DNA of 62,838 nt, the filler included, from Gonapodya sp. JEL0774 (lineage: Eukaryota), in NCBI GenBank assembly GCA_027604505.1. It is 44 parts of 44 records of this genome, joined end to end, with 100 filler letters (N's around TTAATTAATTAA, not from the genome) between each part and the next. Parts side by side here need not be neighbours in the genome. Positions count along the whole stretch, not along the records: positions 37,292 to 38,621 come from JADIIX010003343.1; positions 38,722 to 40,051 come from JADIIX010003344.1; positions 40,152 to 41,479 come from JADIIX010003345.1; positions 41,580 to 42,907 come from JADIIX010003346.1; positions 43,008 to 44,333 come from JADIIX010003347.1; positions 44,434 to 45,759 come from JADIIX010003348.1; positions 45,860 to 47,184 come from JADIIX010003349.1; positions 47,285 to 48,609 come from JADIIX010003350.1; 36 more parts are not named here. One strand, 5' to 3'. How positions within the stretch are numbered: position 1 is the stretch's first letter; every line of letters begins with the position of its first letter. The notes below the pieces were generated by a model, which searched no databases, was not told the origin of the DNA, and saw nothing but the letters and a program-made list of their open reading frames with translations. Position numbers and translations under genes: made by a program. Below, in pieces: positions 37,577 to 50,135 of the stretch.

Positions 37577-38621
37577 ATGCCCATCACTCTCGTCAACGCC
37601 GGCACATCTCCGTTTGGCATCAAATGCAAACTAGTTCTCCTCGAGAAAGCCATTCCATACACGCTGCAACCTGCGGGTCCGTGGAACGTCGAAGGACATC
37701 CGAGGCGAGAACTGCCACTGTTGATTGACGGGGACTTGAACGTGTGGGATTCGAGGATCATTTGCGAGTACTTGGTGGGTGAATGATGGCTAGGGCTGTG
37801 CATCTGGTGCTTCGGATTGAGTGTCATCAAATTTCACGACAAATTGAAACGAGACAGGAAGACAAGTACCCGACACCCACGCTGATGCCTCGGGATCCGG
37901 TCCTGCGAGTTCGATCACGTACGGCAGCGGAAGTTGTTGACACCCACCTGGAGGCGATAAATTGGGGCGTGAGTACACAATGATAGCGTTTTTCCAAGAG
38001 CGCAAATCCTAACACCAGTTCTATCTCTTCTAAGATGGGTGAAGTTCTGGGATTTCAGCGTGCAGGCCCTCCAGAGAGCCCTCTTCGAAAGCAACTTATT
38101 GAGGCCGCACACAAGCAGTCCGCCAACTTCTTCCAGTTCCTATCGAACTTACTCTCATCGGATCCATCTCAGCCCTACTTCGGAGGGGACTGTTTCTCGA
38201 TCGGGGACTGTGCTGTGGTGGCGAACTTGATCCGTAGTACAGGGCTCGGTATCGTGCCAGAAGAAGGAACGAAGCTGGCTGCGTGGTGGGCAAAAGTGAA
38301 GGAAAGGTCGAGCGTAAAGAAAGTTTTGGAGGAGGTAAGTTTTGCGCAGCACGTGGTAGTACTAATGAGTAATTCATGTTTGTGTTCACAATGGTTTCTT
38401 CAAGGACGCCTACGACATGGAGAACAGGGCTACTCTCTTCCCCGATGTTCCCAAAATGATTGCGGACGGTACTTTCAAACGTGAATGTGAGTCGCAAAAC
38501 CGAACTCTCCAGTTGCGTCCCGATTCGCTCAACATTCTAACGTGCACTTTGTCTTTGCGATCGTGACCACGGTCATCATCACAAGACCGCGATCACCGCC
38601 TCGAATGGATGGTGCGTTCGG
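37577..38621 (+). CDS. Glutathione S-transferase, multi-exon, 3'-partial
   Basis: SPF..K..LLEK, ELPLLIDGD..WDSRIICEYL|EDKYP, DTHLEAINWG, FSIGD, C-terminal RDHRLEWMVRS. Confidence 0.9.
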
Positions 38622-39216
38622 NNNNNNNNNNNNNNNNNNNNNNNNNNNNNNNNNNNNNNNNNNNNTTAATTAATTAANNNNNNNNNNNNNNNNNNNNNNN
38701 NNNNNNNNNNNNNNNNNNNNNGAATGATGGACTCTGTGGGGTTGACCCCTACTCTGGCTTGACGGTTGGTCTACTGGAACAAGTTTTGTGATGTAGGGTG
38801 TCAGTAATCCGTGAGTTAAAGTTCATTGGAAGGACAGCACAGACCGAGAAAGGAGGGGGGATTATGAGCCGGTGCATCGACCTATGAGTCATGACTGCAA
38901 CTTTGAATCTGCTCCACAGTCCCCATCAACCACACCACGAGATGATCAAATTTAATTAAGAACGAGGCGACAGATACCCTTGGACAGGAAGGAACCGACG
39001 AGCGGTGGAACGGAGCAAGTTTGTTCCGTTCAATCCGTCTGCCTGTGTCAGGGTTCCAAGGGTCCAGGCCCTTGCGACCGAAGGAGTAGTGTTGGATCAC
39101 GCTGCGGTGGAGATTGGCGGGAGGTGTCTGTATCGGAAAAATTCTGGAGAAAAAATGGCGTCGAATGGAATGATTGAAGGGGCCGGGTGGGGAGTTTTCG
39201 GTGATCTGTATGGACC

Positions 39217-39939
39217 GTGGATGGGTTCAAGGCGGTGGCTTGGCGGAACAAACCAACACCGGTATATAATAAGACCGACAGGAAGGGAATTGGATTAGGA
39301 ATCGACAGCGGCGAGCAGGAATTAAAAATGGGATTGGCAGAACGGCGACGGACGCTTGCGATGCTTCTTGGGATGTGGAACGGAGATGGCGGAGGCGGGC
39401 AGAGTTGGAGCGGGACACACAACAGCAGCAGCATCAACAGCACCAACAGCACCGGCAGCACCGGCAGCACCGGCAGCACCGGCAGCACCGGCAGCACCGG
39501 CAGCACCGGCGGAGGAGACACAGCAGACACTGCGGCATTGAATCTGCGCCACCATGCGGCGCACTCCGCCACGCTGGGCCACGTCAGCATTCCTCAACCC
39601 GCAGTCGCGCACTGGCATGATCCGCTCAACACCCCACACACCTTCCCGCATGTCCAACACCAGTCGACCACACCCACCACATCCACACCATCGACACACC
39701 ACTCGTATTCCCACTCCGCCCACTCGGGTGTCGATGCTTGGACACTCTCAGGCGACTACGGGGGCAGATTCGCTGGGGGGTGGGGAAACGTCTGGGGCTC
39801 GACTCCGCCGGTCGCCGCGGTCTCCCCAGGGTCGCGCTTCTCTTCGCCTGCCGGAGTCAAGTATGAAGAGCGTGTTCATGACGGCTACTTTGATGGTGCG
39901 TTTGTTCCTCCATCTGGCTGCTGGTTTGACCACCACTGA
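39217..39939 (+). CDS. Hypothetical low-complexity protein fragment
   Basis: 240-codon ORF containing an STG repeat; no family recognised. Confidence 0.3.
   Translation: MDGFKAVAWRNKPTPVYNKTDRKGIGLGIDSGEQELKMGLAERRRTLAMLLGMWNGDGGGGQSWSGTHNSSSINSTNSTGSTGSTGSTGSTGSTGSTGGGDTADTAALNLRHHAAHSATLGHVSIPQPAVAHWHDPLNTPHTFPHVQHQSTTPTTSTPSTHHSYSHSAHSGVDAWTLSGDYGGRFAGGWGNVWGSTPPVAAVSPGSRFSSPAGVKYEERVHDGYFDGAFVPPSGCWFDHH
39448..39510 (+). repeat. 9-bp minisatellite (AGCACCGGC)x7
   Basis: Seven perfect tandem copies, read as Ser-Thr-Gly in the long ORF. Confidence 0.95.
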
Positions 39940-40151
39940 TCTACAGTCCGGCCCCTTCTTTGATTCTCACCCTTCCCCCCAATGTGTTTGACCAGGCGCC
40001 CACCTCGAACCCATGTTCTACTCCTTCTCGTCTCCTACTCCTCTCTCCCCTNNNNNNNNNNNNNNNNNNNNNNNNNNNNNNNNNNNNNNNNNNNNTTAAT
40101 TAATTAANNNNNNNNNNNNNNNNNNNNNNNNNNNNNNNNNNNNNNNNNNNN

Positions 40152-40376
40152 GGTCCTCTCCGGTCTCTGCTTCGCGAAGAGTATGGTGTGGAGACCCAGA
40201 CACCATACGTGCGCGCTGACCGAGCAAGTGATGGACAATCTGAAAGTGTCACGGCATGGCTAAGGTTGTCCGCGCCTGTGTGGATCGGAATGGACGCTTT
40301 TGAGAAGTTGGCAGAGGCGGTGGTGGATATAGTGAAGCGTCTGGAGATCGGGGAGAACTTTGAGAAGTATCTATAG
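40152..40376 (+). CDS. PLP-dependent class V aminotransferase (Egt2/cysteine desulfhydrase-like) C-terminus
   Basis: LREEYGVE...WLRLSAPVW..DAFEKLAEAV. Confidence 0.55.
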   Translation, partial: GPLRSLLREEYGVETQTPYVRADRASDGQSESVTAWLRLSAPVWIGMDAFEKLAEAVVDIVKRLEIGENFEKYL

Positions 40377-40612
40377 AACCCAATGAATAGAGTAACGGAC
40401 CATTTATGTTGGAGTTCATATAGCAAAAACTGCGTAGTGAAAATGACCAGGCCTTAATGACTATTGTGCGAAGGTGCGAAGGTTGGTGGGCCGGTCGTAC
40501 AGTGCGCATTCCCTCCCGCCCATCTAAAAGTTGAAACGGCCTTTCCCAACAACTTTTACCCTCCCAGACTCACTTACCCACGCCCGCCTCCCATCATCAC
40601 CGTACTCCTCCC

Positions 40613-41479
<867 letters not shown>

Positions 41480-43007
41480 NNNNNNNNNNNNNNNNNNNNN
41501 NNNNNNNNNNNNNNNNNNNNNNNTTAATTAATTAANNNNNNNNNNNNNNNNNNNNNNNNNNNNNNNNNNNNNNNNNNNNAACTCAACTTACTTCTAGATG
41601 AGGTAATAGCAAGTCTGGAGCTTGGTAAGGGTATGCTGGTCGACCGAGACCTCGCCAAAAATGATCGCGAACCCACCCTCGCAGGGTATCAAACCTTCGT
41701 GGGTTGGAGGCTTGTGGTTGGAGAGGGATGTGGATAGGAGGAGGAGGGAGATCAGGAAGTTGTGGTCGAGCGACGTTCTCTCCGAGGTGGGGGTCATTTG
41801 GATGGGTTGCCACCCCATTGTCGTACAACATGCACTCACCATTGACACCACACGTGACCTCAATGCATATCCGACAATACAGAGCCACCTCAAGGTTGAC
41901 CAATTTAATTGTACGATGCTCTAGTCGAATGCATTGCTACTAGTAATTCGCAAAGTAAGTACTCGGAGAAATCCAGTACGTCAAATTGGAAATAATCTAT
42001 TTAAAGTGGAGGTGGTGGAGTAACGATGGATGGTTGGCTATGCCGGCGCGTTTCCAGACTCATCCTGCGGCCGTGCACGACCAGGCGACAGACCTCCTTT
42101 TCTGCAAAATAACGTTGAGTCCATTGACGCGTGAAATGCTTGGTGAGTCTTGCCTGCGGCCTGAGGTGAGGGAACTTCGTGTTGGAGGGCCATCGCCTGG
42201 ATGTATTGTCAACCATCCCTCTTTGTGCGGTTTTCATAGTGAATTGTCTTCATCCTTAAAGTGACGTGCATACTTATTATGTTGGCTGGAGTGAAGCGTG
42301 ACTTGATGTTGCAATGTCAAGTAAATGGTCAACGAAGTACAACCAACTCTGGAATAAGCGAAGTGATGTTCCCACGGAGTTCTTTGCGCTTTCGCAAAAT
42401 ACGGAGTAGTGTTTGTAGGGACTCCCCCGTGAGCTTATCTGTGCGTCCCTTTTAGTCGGTTCTCGTGAACGGCGCTCTGCATTTCTAGGTCCTTATTTAT
42501 GGCTTCTATTGACTTGGTAACCTCAGGCTGGATGAGTAGAGAGTTCTTGTTCAGGTTTGTTGACTTCTCGTTCAGCGAGTAGCTCTTCGCCTCTCTGCTC
42601 CTCTTGGTGCCGTTATTGCGTGCAGCCAGGCTGTTATTCAGGTGAGTAATCAAATTCTCATACTGTTTTGTCTCGTCATGCATTGTCTGTGCAGTTGAAA
42701 GAGTTTTGGTGCGCGTGCAAGGAAAACCCAGGCAGGGAGATAGAAGAGGATAGATTGGAAAGGTGGAATGAAAAGAGGCAAGCGAAGGTGTGTGGTGGTG
42801 TTGTACACGTCTCGGAGTGTGGTTGACGGTACTTGTTGTGTACCCGTGACATCTGACCCACTGGGTGGCCACAGACTAGTATAAATACCCACATGTACTA
42901 GAGACACNNNNNNNNNNNNNNNNNNNNNNNNNNNNNNNNNNNNNNNNNNNNTTAATTAATTAANNNNNNNNNNNNNNNNNNNNNNNNNNNNNNNNNNNNN
43001 NNNNNNN

Positions 43008-43687
43008 CATTCTGTAGACACTCCCATTCACTGTGCAGAGAGTGCAACGATCCAAGGAATGTGGAAGGAAGTGTAACTGTAGGGACACCATGCTGACCAC
43101 CCACAAGGACAAGTTCCTCGAGCCTGTTGCACCGCGCTAGCAGCTGCTGCAAAAAACCAACAGACGTGACGGTCCAGGAATCCACACTGAGCCTCCGCAA
43201 ATTTGAGGCAGTGGGTAAAAAAAGGTGTGTGGTCTCTTTGGCAGGCCACCCATACCCATAGGCAAATTCCAACGACACGACGCAAGGTGTAACTTGTCCA
43301 AGGGTCTGAACCACACGGTCCACTGTCCGCGTCTTGGCTTGCGATTCCAGTCCGGAGATTTTTACATGGCGTGGTTGAACGCGGCCCTTTGTCCGACTGT
43401 CAAACAGATGGAAGGTCTTTGTTCGCAGTTTGCTGCCATACGTGTCATCAAACGTCCCGCTCTTCCTAAGGGCGCCAAAGGCGATTGGTAGCCGAATTTG
43501 CTTCATTTTAAGTTTTTGATTGAGTACAAGTTTCAACTTTGTCAGTTGCAGAAGGCTATCGGCCCAATCACCCAGACCCTCAGTCGCTGAGAACTCACCA
43601 AACTTGGACACAGGCTGCTTGGTCTGCTACGTCCAGGCTACTCATGATTCTCGCAAAAATGTCTGGGATGGAAAGTGCGTGGTTCAT
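43008..43687 (-). pseudogene. F-box/LRR-like gene with an apparent frameshift after intron 1
   Basis: Exon 43687-43599 MNHALSIPDIFARIMSSLDVADQAACVQV(C), intron 43598-43501. The homologous frame resumes only after a 1-nt shift near 43495. LRR-like LRRLSV, RCNRLEELVL. Confidence 0.65.
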
Positions 43688-46201
43688 ATTTTGAGGGACC
43701 GACAAGCGCTGGTTTGCGACTGTCAAAGGAACCAAATATCAAAATCCTAACCACTTGTCCATAAACAAACAGGCGTCAGTCATCAAGTGGAAATATGTGT
43801 TATTGCCAGATTAAGACACGCCAAGATGATTGACACAAAAAGGAAGAGTATTCAACCAACAGTTAGTTTGCCGGGTTGACCCCAGCAAAACAACAATTAA
43901 TTTGTGATTCGCTTGTCAAGATGCAACTCCGTCCCAAAAACACGCCTCGGTAGTCCAATCAGCATACCTTTTCTTGAATTTGCACGTGACCTTAAGACCT
44001 CACATCTGGATGTACTTCCCATATAGAACCCTGGTGGTGCGCAGGCGTAAGATGCCAGCCAACCAACCGATACCAATGTCTTGCTGTCATTCAGCATAAA
44101 GAATACCTCTTAACCTAAGATCTTCACTAAAATACATGATTTCAATATCTCATCTCCTGCAGAGAGCAAGTACAAACAAACACCCAAGTCGAGCACCAAA
44201 GAGAAGCCTCCTGGTTGCACAGACAGAACCATGAGCAGATGCCTCGTCGCTAACCTAACCAATTATATGTGATTGCAGACCCTAGCTATATATGTAACCA
44301 AGCATGCCCTGTCACTCATATTCATCGCACGAGNNNNNNNNNNNNNNNNNNNNNNNNNNNNNNNNNNNNNNNNNNNNTTAATTAATTAANNNNNNNNNNN
44401 NNNNNNNNNNNNNNNNNNNNNNNNNNNNNNNNNAAAACAGTACAGTGTGGATGCAGGGATATTCTGGAAGTGAACGGAGTGATTAGGTTTTTGAGCAAGT
44501 ACAAGCAGAACTGACAAAGGTCTGGTGTGAGATTGAGCATATTGTTTGTGATTCTGCATTTGATGCACATGTTTACAATGGTAGCAAAACCCAGTGACTA
44601 TGGATGCAAGACATGATGAAAATATTAACAGAATTTATGACGAGATCAAAAACTTGGACCTTCCATTCCGTTTGTCCAACCCTTGCCTTCGCCCTCAAGG
44701 GAGGTGGTCCCCTCCTCACCTCACTCATTCGCCCATTATGCCGGCCAAGAACCTGAACCCAACCTCGACACGAATCGGATCGTCCACGCCCAACCACACA
44801 CCTTTGTCGATGACGGCAAACGAGTCGGGGAATGGAAAGAAGTGAAGGTGGAGGTAAGAGGAGTCGCTAGTGTTTTCAAAGACGAATGGGTCACAAGATG
44901 TCATCTGCATCCATTTGGTAACGGGATACAAACCCAATTTTGCACCTTGCGCTCCGGAGATCGTCGTCGTTCCCCGAGACCATGTTCCAAGTAAGTCTTT
45001 GTCATGGGCAGTAGCATCAAACGATGAGAAGACACTGATCACCTCGCACATGTGGAACCTCCTCACTCACTTTGCAAACTTGGAGAACAAGGTTCCCACC
45101 CCGACACCCCTGCCCTTCCCGCCACTCCCTCCGCTCGCTCCCGCTCTTCCAAAACCTCCATCTCTCGTCCAGGCCACCTGCGGGTAACTCGCGTAATCTC
45201 GAGCACCGTCCGTGTTCCTCACACCGGGGGAAGTACTTATCTGAGGTCGTATGTTGCCCATTTCTCCCCAAGAAGTGTTGAGCGAGTGGGTTGTGCGGGC
45301 GACTACGAGGCCGCGAGGGGGTGGGGGCGACGGTGACGGTGTGTTCAGGGCGGACGAAGAGGACTCCTCGGGTTTCAGAGGTTCGGATGGTGTGGAAGAG
45401 GACGCTTCGGGTGCAGTATGGGGGAGAGACTTGGCAACCCGGAGTTCGGTACGTGGGGCCAAGAGGGCGTCTCGGGCGAACCGTGTGGGGGAAGTCGGCT
45501 TGGAGGGAGTGGAGAAGCCCCATCTGGAGGTGTGTGCGCACGTTGGGGAAGTAGAAGGACGAAATGCATCTGTCAGCCATAATATTATGTTCTGCAGCCC
45601 ATTTTATTGTGTCCTTTGCGTCTTCTTCACCAATCCCAGTTGTTGAAGTCTTCAATGTCCATAGAACGTCCCATTTCAAGATTCAGACAAACACCGACTC
45701 ACCTCCAAAGCATCCTACAGAAGATAATACCCTGACAGCAGTTGACGCTTCTGCAAAACNNNNNNNNNNNNNNNNNNNNNNNNNNNNNNNNNNNNNNNNN
45801 NNNTTAATTAATTAANNNNNNNNNNNNNNNNNNNNNNNNNNNNNNNNNNNNNNNNNNNNAGATTTTGATGGCTCTCTTGTGTCTGGAATCGTTTTCAAAG
45901 TTAATCGAGGATGTTGCCCATGTTTATTGGATCTTGCGGAGTACGTAAGCCGTGGACGTCTACCCACAAAACAGCGTGATTCGAGGGACGATCAGCCTGA
46001 GTGGAATCGCACTGATAAGCTTACTTCGAGGAGAGGGATCTATCAAAGTCCGGGAACTCGCGATGGGCGTCTTCCATAATTTTCACTCGTTGAAACCTGC
46101 AACGCTGCACGAGGGCGACTTCTCAATCTGGCAGATCTATGCAAGCCCCAATAGATGGCACTGACCCCCCTCATATACTACAAAAGATATTGGCGTATAA
46201 T

Positions 46202-47184
46202 TTATTTGCAACGTTGGACAATTTCCTCTACGAATCGCTTCGCGAATCCAGGGCGGGCAGCCTCAAGTTTGGACAACCCGGCTTGAACAGATCGAGCAGC
46301 CTCAAGGAAAGCCGCGGATTCTCCCGTGGTCGCCTTAACAAGGAGACATCGCATGATTGATCGAGAGAAACAGCTGGTGAAATTGTAATCACACATACGG
46401 TCTCAAATGCCGGTCGCAAGACCGTTTCCAAGGTATTCCCAGGAAGAGGGGGAAGGGCCGACCCCTGAGGGGCAGTACTTCGTAGCTGACCTTCTGGAGG
46501 CCTTACGTTGGAGATAGATTGATTTTCTCGAAGACCGACTTTTGTGCCTGGAACATGTGGCTGGCTCACAGGCACTCCAACGTTGTCGATCAGGGACCTG
46601 CTTGAGTCTGATCGCGACGCGAGCTTTTCTTGAGGAACGTCTTGGCGGTCTTGCTTTTGCAGAGGAATTGTTTGGGGATTCGAAGGTCGAGATTCTATTG
46701 CCGTTGGAGGAATCGGCGGAAGTTTCGGGTCAGCCTTCTGAGCCTCGGCTGGGGTTGGTTTACGGACTTCCGAAACAGCTGGAGTAGGAATCGCAGAGCG
46801 AGCATCACTACTGGATATATTCGTGGCGGCTCTCGATGGTTTGCTTGCATCGGGTTTTAGTACTGCAACCGGCGCTTCCAGTCGTGTTTCAGAAGAGGCA
46901 CGAACTAATGAGCTTTGAGTTTGACTCGGTTGGGCAATGGAAGTGGCAGCCTTAGCATGTGACGGTAGTACATTCTCGGCATTCGGCGGTTGCTTGTTGA
47001 GCACCTTCGAGGCCTCTAGAGAGGCAAGCTTCGCAGTAGCCTGATCAATGTACTCTTTGTCGCGTTGTGGAACCGACATGGGTTCCGATTTTTCAGCAGA
47101 CTTCGGACCCATCACCGACGTTCGGGTTTCATTGCCTGCGAGCTTCACTGTCCCGATAACTTCCCCAGAGTCGTCGTGACGGGG
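46202..47184 (-). CDS. C-terminal region with a PDCD10/GCK-III (STE20-family) dimerisation-like domain
   Basis: Long P/S-rich linker, then LETVLRPAFET|..LSKLEAARPGFAKRFVEEIVQR*. The kinase domain is not on this contig. Confidence 0.5.
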
Positions 47185-47284
47185 NNNNNNNNNNNNNNNN
47201 NNNNNNNNNNNNNNNNNNNNNNNNNNNNTTAATTAATTAANNNNNNNNNNNNNNNNNNNNNNNNNNNNNNNNNNNNNNNNNNNN

Positions 47285-47732
47285 TCTCAATCCCATCCTC
47301 ATCCCATCCCCATCCCCATCCTCAACAACTTTCGAAAAGTTTCAGAATCTCAATCCCATCCCAATCCCCATCCTCAACAACTTTCGAAAAGTTTCAGAAT
47401 CTCAATCCCATCCTCATCCCATCCCAATCCCCATCCTCAACAAGTATCGAAAAGTTTCAGAATCTCAATCCAATCCCAATCCCCATCCTCAACAACTTTC
47501 GAAAAGTTTCAGAATCTCAATCCCATCCTCATCCCATCCCCATCCTCAGCGACTATCGAAAAGTTTCAGAATCTCAATCCCATCCTCATCCCATCCCAAT
47601 CCCCATCCTCAACGACTATCGAAAAGTTTCAGAATCTCAATCCCATCCTCATCCCATCCCAATCCCAATCCCCATCCTCAACAAGGTTCGAAAAGTTTCA
47701 GAATCTCAATCCCATCCTGAAAGACTTTTCGA
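47285..47732. repeat. Tandem array of 52-69-bp units with a palindromic core and a terminal inverted copy
   Basis: TCGAAAAGTTTCAGAATCTCAATCC at 47332, 47384, 47447, 47499, 47556, 47619 and 47688, separated by variable ATCCC/AATCCC runs. Inverted CTGAAAGACTTTTCGA at 47717-47732. Confidence 0.95.
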
Positions 47733-47776
47733 GAAGGTTTAATTCTCGTCTCCCATAAACATTTCTGAACAGTTGT

Positions 47777-48592
47777 TTACTCATACACTCGAATGTAGTC
47801 ACAACTCATTGTAAACGGAAGAAGAGACGAATTGATAGATCCACCAACGTCCCCGCCAAGTGCCACATTGAGGATCAAGAACATTCCATTACGAGGCCAG
47901 GCGCGCGAGTCGCCATCGTTTGAATATGTGAACGCAAGTTGGTCGTTAAAGTACATCTTTATAGAAGATGTGCTCCACACTAGCTTTACAGTGAACCATT
48001 TCGTCACGTCCAATGCTACTACTCCGTTTCTAAATGTGGACGTGGCATAATAATCGCGATCAGTTTGAACGGCGGCCTGTATGTTACCCGCGCCCCACGT
48101 GTGTGGACCGTACTCAAATATATCAATTTCTCCATCCCCCGGTGTTCCAGACTTCCAAGAATTATCACCCAACCCCCAGAACGCCGGCCAGACCCCCGAC
48201 GTGGTTCCCGAAAACTTGAACTTCCCGACGACAGTCGACCCTTCCTTAAAAGTGAACAAACCCTGAGTCTGGAGTTTCGCACTAGTTAAATCAGCCTTGG
48301 CCACAATGTTTAAAGACCCTCCGCTGACCGTGTAGTTTCCGTCGGATGTATAAGTTTGAGCTTCATTGTTGTACACTCCTCCTGTATACACGCTCCACTT
48401 AGACTTGTCTAGCGAGGAGCCATTGAATTCATCGTTCCATGTAAGAGTTTTACCATCCAAAGTTTTTGGAACATTTCCACTCGAGGACGATGAGGTGCTG
48501 GAATCATCTTCCTGTGAAACGGTGCGACTACAGTATACCCAAAATGCAATGACAATGGCGACAGATACAAAGAGTGTCAATGACACCGACAT
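47777..48592 (-). CDS. Intronless GH16 laminarinase-type (beta-1,3-glucanase) with N-terminal membrane anchor
   Basis: LTWNDEFNGSSLDKSKW, NNEAQTY, TSAKLQT, GVWPAFWGLG, GEIDIFE, FLILNVALGG, DYIRVY*. Confidence 0.92.
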   Translation of the reverse strand: MSVSLTLFVSVAIVIAFWVYCSRTVSQEDDSSTSSSSSGNVPKTLDGKTLTWNDEFNGSSLDKSKWSVYTGGVYNNEAQTYTSDGNYTVSGGSLNIVAKADLTSAKLQTQGLFTFKEGSTVVGKFKFSGTTSGVWPAFWGLGDNSWKSGTPGDGEIDIFEYGPHTWGAGNIQAAVQTDRDYYATSTFRNGVVALDVTKWFTVKLVWSTSSIKMYFNDQLAFTYSNDGDSRAWPRNGMFLILNVALGGDVGGSINSSLLPFTMSCDYIRVYE

Positions 48593-48709
48593 ACTGAAAC
48601 CCGTCAATGNNNNNNNNNNNNNNNNNNNNNNNNNNNNNNNNNNNNNNNNNNNNTTAATTAATTAANNNNNNNNNNNNNNNNNNNNNNNNNNNNNNNNNNN
48701 NNNNNNNNN

Positions 48710-50033
48710 TAGAGAGCTACGCCCTTCTTTGGAGGGATACACAACACAACAATCAGTACGAAGAGGCTGTTCCCGCTGCTCAGACTAACGACGGCAGGGT
48801 TGCCGCAGTGGTCCGATGCACACACGAACATGATACCGTGCTGTTTACTATCAAAACGGGGACCGTGAGCACACTTCTACCAACCGAGATGGATTCGACG
48901 TGGAGTTAACTTTGTATGACATTTGTCCTCATTCAGCCACCGAGCGTGGAATCCATAACCACTGTTAAGCGAACCATGTCAGATTTTATGATGTTGAGAT
49001 CACACGTGAGTTTTAGGTATCTTTGCGTCACTTTTCGAAACTCATCAACATCGCGGTTTCGTTCGTCCTCTTGTTCTTTCGCCCATCACAGCTACTTGAA
49101 GAGCAACCGCAGTCATGCATCCCCGAACTTCGAGATCTGTCAGGAACACAACACCTAGTGGCAGCGCTCACGCTTTCAATTCCAAAGCATTCGACAGAGT
49201 ACCATGACCTTTTCTCGCCTTCAGTGACAACATCCCCCGTGCGAGGTCAGGAGACTATTGCACTGGATCTTAAGCGCTCGAAGCTGACTGCTCAACAAAT
49301 CGAGGAAGCTTTGCAAACTGCCTCCAATCCCGGTTCTGCGAACCGTGCAGTGAAACGCATCATACGGCGCTTAAATCGCTTCTTGATCTGGCTGCTGAAT
49401 CATCCGTCTTTGAAATCGAACGAGCTTGTCTGGGAATTTTTGGTTTTGCCGGAGATCGACTGGTTTGCTGTGCAACATCGGACACTTCAAAGAAAGTTAG
49501 ATCTCATTGATCAAATCATGGATGATTACCCACCTATATTTCGAGATCAAGTCGGACAAACTGGAGCCAATGCCGAAATTGAGTACCTTGGACACTTTTT
49601 TCGAGAGCAAGAAGAGAAGCTCACAGAAGCAACAACTGGCAATAACTCATGCGCTGTTCGAGCAAAAGTCATGTCCAAGTTTAAAAGGTCTCTGGCGTCT
49701 GCTCTGGGGGTGCTTTCTCATCAAATTGGGCGACCAACGAGCATGATTTGGGAATGTGAACGTGATGGAACTTCTGACCGACTGGGAACTGACTTTTTGA
49801 TACATGGTTACCAAGGACCGGCCACGGGTATTCTCATGCGTACTATTGGAGAGTGCATGACAGAGTCGGTGAGTTGTCAAGCTTGGGTCTTGGCGAGTAA
49901 GAAGGTTGTGGTCTGTTTCGCTGACATTTATTTGCTGTACTGCGAAGGCTGCCCGGGCTGCGTGGGATCTCTCTCAACTATTCCAGGAAACAGTTCTCGA
50001 GATCGAAGGTACCAAGGGACTTTTGAAGCGTCA
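48710..50033 (+). CDS. PX-domain protein, probably the C-terminal part of a Vrl1/VARP-like (VPS9-ankyrin-PX) protein
   Basis: DGRVAAVVR..VLFTIKTG, KRTMSDF..L..EQPQSCIP, RFLIWLLNHPSL...VWEFLVLP. Confidence 0.55.
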
Positions 50034-50135
50034 NNNNNNNNNNNNNNNNNNNNNNNNNNNNNNNNNNNNNNNNNNNNTTAATTAATTAANNNNNNNNNNN
50101 NNNNNNNNNNNNNNNNNNNNNNNNNNNNNNNNNGC

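Noticed and set aside
44434..45759. GC-rich core between AT-rich, CpG-poor flanks as a possible inserted element
   Set aside because: No convincing terminal repeats, target-site duplication or recognisable protein; left unannotated.
47285..47718. CRISPR array (constant ~25-bp repeat with variable spacing)
   Set aside because: The intervening sequences are all ATCCC-type variants of each other rather than unique spacers, and no cas genes are present.
47285..47718. Telomere
   Set aside because: The motif is AATCCC/ATCCC (GGGATT), not CCCTAA/TTAGGG, and it is interrupted by a complex core.
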